Shown here one piece after another: positions 13,861-28,427 of a stretch of DNA of 64,000 nt (position 1 is the first letter of the stretch; every line of letters begins with the position of its first letter). The position numbers were made by a program, and so were the translations under genes. The DNA lies in NCBI GenBank assembly GCA_964016885.1, contig OZ024760.1, forward strand, positions 1,612,001-1,676,000. Reading direction: 5' to 3'. The notes beneath the pieces are model-generated. The model was given only the letters and a program-made list of their open reading frames with translations. It had not been told where the DNA came from and did not search any database. Source of the stretch: Eledone cirrhosa. Taxonomy: Eukaryota.

Positions 13861-15817
13861 GAAATGCTGAAAGCATCTGGAACGGTGGGACACACTATGG
13901 TCACCCGGATAGTAAACCAAGTCATACAGAATGGGGTCGTTCCGAAGGACTGGCGCAGCAGCATCATCATTAGCTGCTACAAGGGTAAAGGTGATGCCCT
14001 AGATAGGGGAAACTATAGAGGCATTAAATTAATTGACCAGGTCATGAAGGTCACAGAAAAAGTAATAGTGCAACTAATCAGAGAGCGAATTGATCTAGAC
14101 GAAATGCAGTTCGGGTTTGTGTCAGGTAAAAGTACAACAGACGCTCTTTTCATTGTACGACAACTACAGGAGAAGTACCTAGCTAAAAGTAAACCCCTAT
14201 ACTTAGCTTTTGTTGACTTGGAGAAAGCCTTTGACAGAGTACCCCGCTCGATTATCTGGTGGGCCCTTAGAAAACTAGGTGTTGATGAATGGCTTGTGAG
14301 AGCTATACAAGGCATGTATAAAGAAACAGCCAGCAAGGTTAGAATTAACAACGAATATAGTGAAGAGTTTAGCGTAAAAGTTGGTGTTTATCAGGGCTCC
14401 GTCCTTAGCCCCCTACTATTTATTATTGCCCTTCAGGCTATAACAGAGGAGTTCAAGACCGACTGCCCATGGGAACTCCTATATGCAGATGATCTAACGC
14501 TCATAGCTGAATCAATGGCTGAACTAGAGAAGAAATTCCAAACATGGAAGCATGGCCTAGAATCAAAAGGCCTTAAAGTTAACTTGTCTAAGACTAAAGT
14601 TCTAGTTTGTAGGAAGGAAAATAGGGCACCGGTCCCATCTGGGAAATGGCCATGCTCAAGGAGTAGGTAGAAACTCCATTTTATGTCCCAAATGCAAAGT
14701 ATGGGTACATAAAAGATGTAGTGGGATCACAGTGTAGTGGGATCACAGGTAAACTATCTAAGAATATAGATTTTATATGTGGCCGGTGCTCTGGTGCAAT
14801 AAGTAGCAGCAAGTGGCCACAGAATACTAACTCATTCCATTGCACAGTTGGTTCTATAGAAATAGGGACAGCTTCCGTTACCTGGGTGATAAAATCAGCA
14901 GTGGGGGATGGTGCTCTGAAAGTACAGTAGCTAGGGTCAGAACGGGATGGAAAAAGTTCAGAGAGCTTATACCACTATTGGCCGCTAAAGGGTTCTCTCT
15001 AAAAATGAAAGGCAGGCTGTATGATGCCTGCATACGAACAGCAATGTTACATGGCAGTGAGACCTGGGCATTGTGTGCAGAGGATATACGCAGACTGGAG
15101 AGAAGCTTGCATGCTCCGCTGGATGTGTAATAGTAACATACGTGAACGGCAAAGCATAAACGTACTAAGGGAGAAATTAGAAATAAGAGGGATCAGATGT
15201 TGTTTACTCGAGAGAAGGCTACGTTGGTATGGTCACGTGATGTGCATGAAAGACGACAGCTGTATAAAAAAGTGCAGGGCAATAAAAATAGACGGTAGCC
15301 ACGGAGTAGGCAGACCCAGAAAAACCTGGGACGACTTGATAAATTCCGACCTCACACACTTACACCTCTCCAAGACAATGTCACTGGACCGAGAGCTTTG
15401 GCGCTACACAGTAATAGAGAAGACCCGCCTTACCTAAGTACAAAGTGAAACCTACTACAGTCAGTAGGCACCTCTAACAAAATACACCCCGTCCCACTAC
15501 CCCCACCCCATCCACACCACCCCTTCAATGTAAAGTTATGTTGGTGTCACAACATCCAGCCCGAAACAAATGAGGTCGTGTAGGTGTCACGACAAAAAAA
15601 CACACAGTCCACGCTGTAATGTGGCCGTGTAGGTAATACGGTAAAAACCTCCCAGTTCCACACTGTAAATGTGGTTGGTGTTAGGAAGGGCATCCAGCTG
15701 TAGAAAACCAGCCAGACAGTCCTATGCGAGCAAGACAACCACTCTTGCCTCAAGTGGGAAAACTCTCGTCCAAACCCATGCTAGCGTGGAATATGGACGT
15801 TAAACGATGATGATGAT
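13861..15817 (+). mobile_element. 5'-truncated RTE LINE with 3' UTR and (GAT)n tail
   Basis: NYRGIKL, AFVDLEKAFD, QGSVLSPLLF, YADD, RLRWYGHV, GRPRKTW; ends ggacgttaaacgatgatgat. Confidence 0.93.
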
Positions 15818-16045
15818 ACATACATATATATAAATACATATATATGTACATGTATATATACATGTAAATATATTACACAAATAGAAGTGTGTTACACAGT
15901 GAGATGTGTGTAAAGAATTATTACAAGTGAGTTTTACCGTTATTGTACAGAGAACAGTATCTACAGGTTTAGCAATTAAATAGAAAAAAACTAAGTCAGA
16001 ATCAAATCACTGAATTAGAGTTTTAAATCACCACCAACCTTATAA

Positions 16046-16088
<43 letters not shown>

Positions 16089-16121
16089 TGTATATATATA
16101 TAAATATATATATCTATCTAT

Positions 16122-17005
16122 CTAAGGCGGGTAAAATTCCCGAGATCCATGGACGAGTTCTCTCCAGCGGTCTCTGTCCCTCATTATCGCTGCCATGTCC
16201 TGCATCTCCAACAGACCAGTGTCTGTCCTTAGGGCATCAACATACGTTAACCTTGGTCTTCCTCTTCTAGTGTGTCCATGTAGGGGCTCCCAAAGGAGCA
16301 CTGAGTGCAATGTCAACTCTGGATGTCGGTGAGCATGTCTAGCCAACCTCAGTCTCCTCTGTGTCACTTTTGAGCTGACTTCTGGGATGCTCCCATACAG
16401 CTCTGAGTTTTTCATCCTCAGTGTATACTGATTAATGTTCAGAGCCATCCTCAGCATTCTCGTGTAGCACCCATCCACCATCTGAGTGAGTTTCTTGGTC
16501 AGTGTCCAAGTCCCAGACTCATACAGCAGCACAGACTCCACTACAGCAATGAAGAGGCGGATTTTCAGGTCTCTACGAAGGTCCGACTTCCACACCGATC
16601 TCAAGCTGTGGCACGCCACCCAAGCCTTGCTCTTCCTCTCAACCACATCATCTTCCGATTTCCCAATCTTTGCTCCCAAATACAGGAAGTCCTCAACCAA
16701 TTCCAGCGGCTTCCCGCCTACATTAGTGATCCCCTCTGGCTTCTCAACATTCTCTACCAGATATTTTGTTTTAGTCTCATTCATTCTCAGCCCCACACTC
16801 ATCGACACAGTCTCAACTTCCCGCATCAAATCTTCTGCCTCCTTCACTGTATTTGTCACCAAAACTATGTCGTCGGCAAATTCAGCATCCGATACCTTTT
16901 TCGCCCTAACTCTCCTGCTCTGAGCCGGTCCTACAGTAAAGCCAGAGTCCTGGTGTTTCTCCAGTGCAAGGCGCATACAATAGTCCACTACGATGATAAA
17001 AATGA
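16122..17005 (-). mobile_element. RTE-like LINE 3' fragment, second family
   Basis: EFADDIVL, DFLYLG, LLWEPLHGHTRRGRPRLTY; both ends in (TA)n. Confidence 0.88.
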
Positions 17006-17044
17006 TATATATATATAAATATATGCATACATATATACATATAC

Positions 17045-17512
17045 ATCATCATCATCATCATCATCATCATCAGGTTTAGCGTCCGTGTTCCACGCTTGCA
17101 TGGGTTTGGACGGGGGTTTTCCCACTTGAGGCAAGAGTGGTTGTCTTGCTCGCACAGGACTGTCTGGCGGGTTTTCTACAGTTGGATGCCCTTCCTAACA
17201 CCAACCACATTTACAGTGTGGGGCTGGGAGGTTTTTACCGTGTTGCCTACACGGCCACATTACAGCGTGGACTGTCTGGCGGGTTTTCTACAGCTGGATG
17301 CCCTTCCTAACACCAACCACATTTACAGTGTGGGACTGGGAGGTTTTTACCGTGTTGCCTACACGGCCACATTACAGCGTGGACTGTGTGTTTTTTGTCG
17401 TGACACCTACACGATCTCATTTGTTTCGGCCTGGATGTTGTGGGACCAACATAACTTTACATTGAAAGGGGCGGTGTGGGTGGGGTGGAGGTGGTGGGAC
17501 GGGGGTGTGTTT
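17045..17512 (-). mobile_element. RTE 3' UTR fragment with internal tandem duplication
   Basis: Reverse complement of ~15480-15815, with a ~115-bp block present twice. Confidence 0.85.
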
Positions 17513-17534
17513 TGATATACATGCATATATATAT

Positions 17535-17572
<38 letters not shown>

Positions 17573-17612
17573 GCATACATATATACATATACATATACAT
17601 GCATATATATAT

Positions 17613-17663
<51 letters not shown>

Positions 17664-17753
17664 TATGCATATATATATATATATATATAAATATATGCAT
17701 ATATATATATATATATAAATATATGCATACATATATACATATACATATACATG

Positions 17754-17805
<52 letters not shown>

Positions 17806-18237
17806 TATACATATATATATATACATATATATGTATATATATATATATACAACACCAGCAAAGATAACAACAATAACAGTGAAAAACACAAGAAAATATT
17901 TTTGCAGCATATTTTTTTTTTTTGTCCATTTTATTAAATTGTTTTATTTTATGACTTTTTTTTTTTTTTTGTAATTTCTTTTTATTTATTTCTTCTAGAA
18001 ATGAAATATAACTGACAATAGATATAACAAAACAACACAACTGTCCTCTCCCCCATCCATCCCCCACCCTTACCCTATCACATCTACCCCACCCCACCAC
18101 ACCCACCCCACCTGTGAGTGAAAATAAAACAAAAACATCTCTTCTTAAATAATTCAATTCATATTTGTCTTACTTGACAAAACTTCAATTCAAAATTCAT
18201 TCAACAACAACAACAATAACAACAATAATAATAATAA

Positions 18238-19570
18238 TGGTTTTTGATTTAGGCACAAGGCCAGCAATTTTGGGGAGGAAGGGAAAGTCGATTAAATTAA
18301 CTCCAGTACATTACTGGTACTTTATTTTATCGGCTCTGTAAGGATGAAAGAAAAAGCTAACCTCAGCTGAATTTGAACTCAGACCGTAAAGGGCCATAAC
18401 TCTATGCTGCAAATCATAACAATAATAATATTATTATTAATAATAATAATAATGGTTTCTTATATAGGTACAATGCCAGCAATTTTGGGGGAGGGGAAAG
18501 TTGATTAAATCGACCCCCAGTGTATTACTGGTACTTTATTTTATCGGACCCCTGTAAGGATGAAAGGAAAAATTAACCTCGGCGGGATTTGAACTCAGAC
18601 CATAAAGGGCCATAACTCTATGCTACAAAGCATGGTGTTCGAACCTCTACCGATGCTGCCAATCCACCACCCTCATACAGTAATAATGCTTTCTTTATAA
18701 TAATAATAACAAAAATAATAATAATTGTTTCTACTTTTGGCACAAAGCCAGCAATCACCCAGTGCATTACTGGTACTTTATTTTATCGACCCCGTAAGGA
18801 GGAAAGTTTATATAGTAATAATAATAACAAAAATAATAATAATTGTTTCTACTTTAGGCACAAGGCCAGCAATTTGGGGAGAGGGGAAAGTCAATTAAAT
18901 CGGCCCCAATACATTAATTATTAATAAAGATAATGATGGTTTGTAATTTAGGGCCCAATTTTGGAGGGTAGGGGCAAGGTCAATTTCATTGACACCAGTA
19001 TTTCGCTGGTACTTTATTTTATCAAAACCTCAAAATAATGAATGTCAAAGTTGACCTTGGATAGAACAAATACTGCAAAGCATTTTGTCCAATGCTCTAA
19101 CAATTCTGCTAAGCCACTAATCTCAAATGCAATTCTCAGGGAGATTCAGCATGACACAGTGTGTGACAAGACTGTCTCTTACAATTACAGCTACAACTCA
19201 TTTTTTGGCTGCTGTGTGAAATAAAGCGTCTTGTTCAAGGACACAATGCACTGCTTGGAAGCTAACTAAAGGGCTGTAACTATATACCACAAAGCACGTT
19301 GTCTGACTCTCACATTATTTTGCCTAATAATAATAATAATAATAGCAATAACAACAACAACAATTATAATAATTGTTTCTTATATAGGCACAAGGCCAGC
19401 AATTTTGGAGGAGGGGAAGTTGATTAAATTGACACCAGTGCGTGACTGGTACTTTATTTTATCGACCATGTAAGGATGAAAGGCAAGGTTAACCTCAGCA
19501 GGATTTGAACTCAGATTGTAAAGGGCCGTAACTCTATGCTGCAAAGCATGGCATCCGACCCTCTGCCATA
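18238..19570 (-). mobile_element. Cluster of ~6 same-orientation family B SINE copies or fragments separated by (AAT)n
   Basis: Repeated ggcacaaggccagcaatt...actggtactttattttatcg blocks. Confidence 0.85.
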
Positions 19571-22439
19571 ATAATAATAATAATAATAGCGTAAACATTA
19601 AAATTTTAGATTAACATTTTCAATCATATATTTTCCCCTCTTCCATCCCCCTCCCCATCAAAACAGAAATTTACAGTGTTGTTTATTTGTGTCTTTTATA
19701 ATATTCTGTTTGTTATTTTTTATATAAATCAATTTAATTTAATCTTTTTTTTTTTTTTTTTTTTTCAAAACCAAATATTCAGAAATTGAACGTCTTCATA
19801 ATTTAATCGAAAATTATGCTTTAGAATGTGAAATTTGATCTTTTCTTAAAATGAATAATAATAATAATAAGTAAATAAATAAATAAATAAAATAGCACTT
19901 GGCACTTCCATAGTTATATAAACAACATAAACCTTTAGGGAGAAAATAAACAAATTTAAATATTTAAAAAATTATTTATATTAAACCACACAAAAATAAA
20001 CAAAAATAAAAAGAACAATACAAATTTAACCAATAAATGAATATCCCTGGCTTAAGTTTGTGGCTTATAAACTTAATATATTGCTATCCTGGGAATTGAA
20101 CCTTTATTAAGTATTTCTGGCTAGTTTTGGGGCCTTAAGACTTAATACATCCTTTTTCTAGGAATTGAATACATAAAAAATATCTCTGGCCTAATTTTGA
20201 GGATTGAAAACTTTGTGTATTGCCATCCCAGGAATTTGATTTTTAATAATTATTCTTGACAAATTTTGTGGTATTAAACTTGAAGCATCACTGTTTAGTG
20301 TTTTACAGAAATTTCACTAACCTTGAGATTGAACCAATAAACTTGATTCATGTCTTGTTTTGTTCACAGAATCTAATTATCAAACTTATTAAATATGATG
20401 CATCCATAAGCTGCATAGAACTAAGGCAACCTATCTAAGAAAGCAGTCACTCCAAAAGTAGAGAAAACACTGGCTCTGTATATGTAACGAAGGCAACTTG
20501 TCTACGTGAGCAGTCACTTAAAAAAAATAAAACTACATGATGAAGATATGGCCTCTATATGTTGTTGTGAAGGCAACCTTTCTAGGAAAGCAATCTCTCC
20601 AAATAAAAACTAATACAAGAATACAGGGAAGACAGAACAATTAAGTCTTGACAGACAACCTCTCTAGTGCTGGTGGCATGATAAGATGCACCTAGTCCTA
20701 TGCTGTAAGGTGGTTAGTTATAGGAAAGACATCCAGCTTGAAAAACCACACCAAATTTATGAAATACATAACCATCATATATTTATTATTAGTACCAGTA
20801 TTATTTTTCCTTTAGAGAAATTTCACTATGATCATCATCATCATCATTTAACGTCTATAATTCTATGTTTGTATGGGTTAGATAAATTGTCATATTATGA
20901 GACATGAGACAAGTCAGATCAGGAGACCATTTCATGTTCATACGGAGACTGTTTCTCGAATGTAAATTAGCGCTTGCAGCTCGCCTGATGAGCCATATCT
21001 CATGCGGCCCATTTCTAAAAAAAGGTTGCTTGTGCCTGCTTTAAACACTTGAAACAGACCTGGCGAAAAACTGTCTCTGGTGTTATGAAATAAAACCACT
21101 TATTTTAAAGGGTTCCAATTTAAGTAAAAATTTGTAAAGACAATTTTATATATGAACCATATATTAAGTTACTATTAAAACTATTAATTGATTGAAATAC
21201 AGATTCATATTTTTTTTTAAATCTTCCCAAATAATATTATATAGGAACCATGTTAAGTTACTCTCTTAGTAATGAAATGATTAATAATTGTAGTAAATCA
21301 CTCAATATTTTACATTAATTGAAATATATCTTTTATATCAATTAAAATATTTCAAGCTAATATACGAGAGCTATAAAGTAAATTACTATCTTAGTAATGA
21401 AATAATTAATTTTATTAAATACCACAAAATTCTTCATCAGCTAATTGAAATAGAGTGTATTTCAGTCACAAAGGGGTTAACATTTTATACAGAAAATTAC
21501 AATCTTAAAAATGAAATAATTAATAATTTTGGTAAATCTCACAAAATTATAATCTTAAAAATGGAATAATTCATAATTTTGGTAAATCTCACAAAATTAT
21601 AATCTTAAAAATGGAATAATTCATAATTTTGGTAAATCTACAAATATTTTTTATGGAAAATTATAACCTTAACCCTTTAGCATTTACATTACTCTTTATT
21701 AACTATTGTATTTTCACAGTAAACACTTGATTTCACATAATTATTTCATAACAATATCAAATCTATGAGATTTTGATATAATTTATTTTGAGAACAATAA
21801 CTTTACATCACTATGAGCAGCCAATTATGGCTAGTTTGAACAGAAAGAGGTGAGAGAATTCTGGCTGGACATGGCCAGTTTAAATGCTAAAGAGTTAATA
21901 TTGGAATAATAAATAATTTTAGTAAATACACAAATTTCAGTGAATCCCACAAAACCTTTATTATGTAATTGAAATAAAGATATGATCCTATTACGTGACT
22001 AGAGAAATACGACTAATTATGGTATTGAACCTGTAAACTGGGTATATCATACTTGATGTTAATTTATATCTTTGCAGGGAGAGAGCTGGTGTTGTTGTTT
22101 GCTGAATTTTGAACATTGAAGAAGTGCAGTTTTCCTTAAGTAAAAGAATTGTCACAGTTGAAAATAAACTTTATCTCATCATCACTAAATATGTATAATT
22201 GCATGATTTTACATACACATAGGTATACATATGTAAATGTTTACATACATACACAGGTATAGTACATTTAGAGTTATATATACATATATATTTGTGTTGT
22301 GTGAGTGGGTATGTAAATGTATTTAAACATGTATAGATATATATAGGTGTGTATGTATGTAATGTAATGTATGTAATGTATGTATGTATATATATATATA
22401 GATACATAGTTATGTATGTATGTATATATATGTATGTAC

Positions 22440-22473
<34 letters not shown>

Positions 22474-22535
22474 GTGTGTATATATATATATGTTTATATA
22501 TTGAAAAATGTGTGAAATCCATGTCACAGTTAGGT

Positions 22536-22800
22536 ATATTTGAAAAAAGGAAAAGAATGACTTCACTTGTAGGGCTAAACAATCTAATTTTATAATATCA
22601 TAATTTTACAATTTGGGTTTGTAGATCTAGTAAGATCTTTGTTAACTTGGGTGGGGAGATTTAAAAAAAATTTTAGAAGTTAACCGGGAATATTTTTTTA
22701 AATATTTCCACCAAAGTTAACAGAGAACTTACTAGATCGACAAAACTGTAAAATTATAATATAAAATCAAATTGAAGTAATTCTTTACATTTTTCAAATA
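22536..22800. mobile_element. Degenerate foldback MITE
   Basis: tatttgaaaaa...tttttcaaata with internal inverted symmetry; left end also present at ~9001-9120. Confidence 0.6.
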
Positions 22801-22824
22801 TGTTTATATGGATATTCTAATAAA

Positions 22825-22865
<41 letters not shown>

Positions 22866-22912
22866 CAGGAAAGAAGAGTGACACAGTTTGCTATACAAAA
22901 AAAGGTTTTTAA

Positions 22913-23033
22913 TCTCATTGCTGACAATTGTTTCTCTGAACTGGTAGGTCTAGAGATCGCTACCCGCTTGTTTTCACGTCAATCGATCACCAATACATAG
23001 TTGTAACCAGTCAATTCATCGGAGCTTGTGAGA
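22913..23033 (-). ncRNA. Degenerate hammerhead with long stem II
   Basis: Minus strand: GCT-CCGATGA...CTGGT/ACCAG...GAAA-CAATTG-TC^AGC. One core substitution; palindromic stem III. Confidence 0.55.
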
Positions 23034-23235
23034 ATGATAGCTGGACTACACTTAAGTGGACTACCTATAACAATAATCTGTTACCCCGTATATATATATA
23101 TATATATATATATCTGTGTGAGTCTGTGTTTATACATACATATGTATGTGTGTATATATATATATATGTTTATACATACATTTATATTCATATACATACA
23201 TATATATATGTACATATAATTATATTTATAATTGT

Positions 23236-23277
<42 letters not shown>

Positions 23278-23578
23278 TCATCGCTGTTTTACATCCATTC
23301 TTCAATGCTAGCATGGGTTAGATGGGTTGTCCTATTGTGGGCAATGTCAGGTTGGGTGACCATGTCTTGCTCATAAGGAAACAGATTTTGGCTTCATTTC
23401 TACAGTTGGATGCCCAGCCTAACACCATATAAATATGCATATATATATAATTAATATATATATATCTTTTGTTTATTACTATTATCATTATATATTCATA
23501 TATATATATATTCATATATATATATATATATTCATATATATATATTCATATATATATATACATATTCATATATATGTA

Positions 23579-23620
<42 letters not shown>

Positions 23621-23788
23621 TATATATATATATGAGTATATATATATATATATATAGTTAGAGAGGCAAAAAATTGCTTATTGTGATCCAGTTTTTGGTT
23701 AAGAAAGCCAGTTTCATGGATGGTTTCAACGTACGGTTAGGGGTAACTCCACAAGTTTGTAAGAATTCCGTTCAATCTTGGAGTATAA

Positions 23789-23956
23789 AGTATAAAAGAG
23801 AAAACACAGGTAAGCATTAAGAGAAGCATTTAATCCAGGTATTTACGACCGTTTCATTGGTATAGCAATATAAGGTTGCACTTACCAATGAAACGGTCGT
23901 AAATACCTGGATTAAATCCTTCTCTTAATGCTTACCTGTGTTTTCTCTTTTATACT
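23789..23956. repeat. Inverted repeat (74-bp arms, 20-nt loop) containing an HHR 3' half
   Basis: 23789-23862/23883-23956; contains GAAACGGTCGTA. Confidence 0.9.
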
Positions 23957-24006
23957 ATATATATATATATATATATGAATATATATAGATATATATATAT
24001 ATATAT

Positions 24007-24340
24007 ATATACGATATTGAACAAATGGAAACTATATTTATAAAACCATATTTATTTCATTATACATATTTCAGGGATACCATATTAAAAATATGGCGTG
24101 CCTTCTTCAGATAAAATACAATATATAAGCAGTTTTACAAATAAATTTGACGTACCATAAATATTGATCAACTTCCATTTAAATGGAAGTTGATCAATAT
24201 TTATGGTACGTCAAATTTATTTATAAAACTGCTTATATATTGTATTTTATCTGAAGAAGGCACGCCATATTTTTAATATGGTATCCCTGAAATATGTATA
24301 ATGAAATAAATATAGTTTCCATTTGTTCAATATCGTATAT
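24007..24340. repeat. Near-perfect palindrome, no loop (centre 24180/24181)
   Basis: ...acttccattt|aaatggaagt..., arms ~160 bp with one short indel. Confidence 0.95.
24243..24308 (+). ncRNA. Minimal type I hammerhead ribozyme (mirror copy on - strand at 24053-24118)
   Basis: Stem I TATTTTAT/ATGAAATA; CTGAAGA; stem II AGG/CCT with inner CCATAT/ATATGG; GAAA-TATGTA-TA^. Confidence 0.78.
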
Positions 24341-24662
24341 CTACTCCAAAACTTGTTGAGTGCTTTATATCAGTTATAAAATATTTACTCGTTCTAACCC
24401 AACAATTTTAAATAAAACCTTTGCATATATACATATATATATATGTATATATATATGTATATATATGTATGTATATATATATAAATATATGTTCATATAT
24501 ATATATAAATATATGTTCATATATAGATATATATGTATGTTCATATATGTATATGTTTATATATATGTTCATATATATATGAACATATATTTATATATAT
24601 ATATGAATTTATATATGAATATGTATATATATGAATTTATATATGAATATGTATATATATGA

Positions 24663-24748
<86 letters not shown>

Positions 24749-24752
<4 letters not shown>

Positions 24753-24900
24753 GATGAACGGATTCTGACGCCTCTGTTAGAATCGTGAGACTTCGTGAAA
24801 CCTTGAGTAATGGAATAATTATATTGTGTTGTTTATTATATAATTAAATAGCTCTGTTCTATACATAGAGCACTCTTCTTTCTTTTACCTTTTCCACGGA
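24749..24900 (+). mobile_element. HHR-bearing mini-element, same family as the 34455-34718 foldback
   Basis: CTGATGA-ACG...CGT-GAAACCTTGAGTA^ATGG. Downstream sequence (ctgttctatacatagagcactc) matches the reverse complement of 34465-34530. Confidence 0.6.
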
Positions 24901-25782
24901 AATTCTTAACATATACATTTATATATATATTTATATTCATATATATATATTCGTATATATATACACATATATATAAATGTATAAATAAATATATATATAC
25001 ACACACATTTATACATATGTATAAATACATATATATATATATACATATACACACATACTTATATCTATTTATTTATATATATATTTGGTTATATATATAT
25101 ATATAAATAAATATATATATATATATATAAATATATATATATACAGATATACACACATATTTATTTGTGTATGTATGAATATAAAATTGTGCATATGTCC
25201 ATGTCCATCTGTGCATGTGGGTGTATATGTGTTTAAAGTGAACCATAAATAAGATATGTAAATTTAAGGGTGGGCGTTGTGTAGAATTTATCACCACACC
25301 TAACATATATCCTCATCGTATTCAATAGACAAAACATAAATATCATAACCACACTCACGCATGCTTATATACATATATAAAGACATAAACACATACATCG
25401 AAAGGAAAGATTTTTTTTCATTTTAAAATTTTATTTCAGAGTATAACACAATTATTATTAACAATTTCAAATTAATTTCCAAAAATATTCAAATAAATAA
25501 AAATAACAACATTTCCGCTCCCCACCCCACCCCACACCACTTGTTTTAATTTAATATTTGTTGTTGTTTCTGTTAAAATTATCTCAGTATTTTCTTAATA
25601 TATATGTGTGTATGTGTGTGAATAATAGTTTTAAAATGTTTGGCAAATATATATATATATATATAATAATAATAATACTTTAATCTGTTATTTTAATAAA
25701 TATATATATGTATATATTTTAATTAATATATGTATATATATATGTATATACATATATATATATATACATATATATATATATT

Positions 25783-26660
25783 GTATCTAAATGCAATGAT
25801 AGTCGATGTGGCACATGTCAATCCATACACGCCGGTCAATATATGAAAACAAAAACCAGAAAAATATTCCCAAATGCAAATATGAACTGCAAAAGCAGAA
25901 ATCTAATTTACTGCATTAAATGCCCGAATTGTGAAGAACTATATGTCGGTCAAACTGGAAATGCACTATCGGAACGTGCACGGGTACACCGACAGCAAAT
26001 CAGAGACCCAAATGTCCGTCAGATACCCCTAAGTAACCATCTAGCAACATGTGGTCAGGGAATATTTATAATATTCCCATTCTACAAATTACACGGCCCA
26101 AGTGAAATCGAGAGAAAAATCAAAGAAAAGAATGTTATTGATAAATTCAAACCCAAGCTAAATGAACAATAATAATGTAAATCCTACTATGACTACGACC
26201 ACTAACAACAACATAATAATAATAAAAGTGATGTTGATGGTGATGATTACTAGAAAATGCTATTTTCATCATTTCTAAAAATAGCAAAACAATTGATGCC
26301 TTGGATAGGGTCAATTAGTAGTCATTAGACATGCTCAACCAACCGTGACGCTTAAACCAATCAGCTTTAGTAATCCAGTGAAACTACACACCGATTGGTC
26401 GAAATACAGTTTGCAAGATTTAGCATTCTGGAGCCACTTTTCACTGTATATAAGGCACAAAATTTACCCATCTCATTACAGTTGAAAATTGCAAACTTGA
26501 CTGTCACCACACAATATGAACCTGAAGATTGCGAAAGCATGAAAGTACTTGTTCAATTAGCACTTACCATTTAATATTCTACCATACTATTTCATTCTAA
26601 TACCATTATAAATTTTAAAGGATTGTAAATAAAACGAATAAATCAGACAAAGTTGGAATT
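25783..26660 (+). mobile_element. Penelope-like element 3' fragment: GIY-YIG endonuclease (ORF to 26172) plus pseudo-LTR
   Basis: In frame: KCNDSRCGTC...NCKSRNLIYCIKCPNCEELYVGQTG..RARVHRQQI..HLATC, typical of the PLE Zn-linker and GIY-YIG domain. Followed by CCAAT boxes, TATATAAG (26447), an HHR and AATAAA (26628). Flanked by (TA)n on both sides. Confidence 0.9.
26517..26555 (+). ncRNA. Minimal type I hammerhead ribozyme in the Penelope pseudo-LTR
   Basis: TGAAC-CTGAAGA-t-TGC gaaa GCA-t-GAAA-GTAC-TT^GTTCA: stem I TGAAC/GTTCA and palindromic stem III AAGTACTT. Confidence 0.85.
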
Positions 26661-26920
26661 CCTTTTATTAATATAATCTTCTATAGACAATCATACACAC
26701 CCGTGTATATATATATATACATATATAAATATATCTACATATATGTATATATATATTTTCATATATGTATATATATACATATTTACATATATATATATAC
26801 ATACATATACATATACATATATATATGTATAAACATATATATATATGATTACACATATATATGTATACATATATATGTGTATATATATATATATATACAC
26901 ACACACATATATTTATATAC

Positions 26921-26960
<40 letters not shown>

Positions 26961-27084
26961 GTATATACATATATATATATATATATATATACATATGTAT
27001 AAATATGCATATATGTATTTATATATATACATATGTATATATATATTTACATATAAACATATACATATATATATATACATATAT

Positions 27085-27238
<154 letters not shown>

Positions 27239-27427
27239 ATATATATATTTCGTTTCTGAATTTATTTAGCAAGATTCTTTATCTGAAAACGTGTGTTTAA
27301 ACCGATATTGTTATACTTTGGGAGGGTCATGTTGCCAATAAGAAACACACGCACGAGTTGCTTTCACTTCAATTTATTATAATAAATTTATAAATTTGCG
27401 CTGGTTGGTTCCACAACCAGATGATTG

Positions 27428-27515
27428 TTATATATTGTCAAAGTTCTTTCGTCACACATTCTGTGACCTCTAGAGGTCACAGAATGTGTGACGAAAGAAC
27501 TTTGACAATATATAA
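27428..27515. repeat. Perfect 88-bp palindrome
   Basis: Centre gacctct|agaggtc at 27471/27472. Confidence 0.95.
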
Positions 27516-27877
27516 ATATCAATATATATATATACAAAGCATATATATATGTATATATATATATGCTATGTATAACTTTGGGCATTTTCAATCTCTAGAA
27601 AAACTGAGCATATAGAATATCATTGACTTACTTATAAACCTACAATACATAATATATAGAACAGTAAATGTATGTAGAAATGGAGGTGTGACATGCATTA
27701 GTATACTAGTATATATGGTGTACATATACACATAGATACACCTTATAAATATATATTGGGTCATCAAGTATGAAATTTGATATTTGACGACCCAATAATA
27801 TAAATTATTAATTTAATATATATATTATCTGTCATATATCTCGCCCGTCCCCTCAATCTATTTTATTTCTCATTCTT

Positions 27878-27913
27878 TCTTCTGATGAAAGACTAGTGTC
27901 CGAAACGTTAAGA
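27878..27913 (+). ncRNA. Minimal type I hammerhead ribozyme
   Basis: TCTT-CTGATGA-a-aGAC tagt GTCc-GAAAC-GTT^AAGA with an AACGTT palindrome. Related copies at ~60110-60260 (-) and ~8642-8735 (+). Confidence 0.78.
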
Positions 27914-28427
27914 CCCTCTTCCTGCTATATCAAGCATTAACCTAATATATACCTTCCATATACTGTACCGATTGTGTTGTTATTTCTGTTTACCTTTTAT
28001 ATATATATATATACACACATTTATATGCACATCTCTCAATGTTCATATATATATATGTGTGTGTGGAATGAATGTTTTGCTGAAATATATAAATGTAGAC
28101 AAAGCTATGCGTGTAGGTATGTATGTATGTGTGTATATATATATATATATAAATAAATAAATAAATAGATGTATGTTTCATATTGTGGTGTGGTAAAGAG
28201 CGAGGGAGAAGAGAGGAAAGCGGATTGTAGGATTAATTAAAACAAGGGAGTTGCTGTTGCTAGGAGTGAAAACATTACTATGGTAACAAGAAAGGAAGTG
28301 CTTGGTTTGTTTTCGTTTGGTTGGCTAAGACTGGATGTGGAACACAGGGATTCTGGGTCTGCCTGCGCTTCCTTTTTTTTTCTTTTTTTTCAGTCACGGT
28401 TTGCTGATCACATTTGTGGTTCACTGA

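Noticed and set aside
11692-15817. Back-to-back RTE pieces as one inverted insertion
   Set aside because: The overlapping RT regions differ substantially and are separated by a TA tract, so they are independent insertions.
20985-21015. CTGATGA-GCC...GGC, resembling an HHR core and stem II
   Set aside because: No GAAA after stem II and no stem III.
22070-22170. Possible plus-strand terminal exon (tttgcag...AATAAA)
   Set aside because: Only short peptides with no recognisable similarity and no partner exons.
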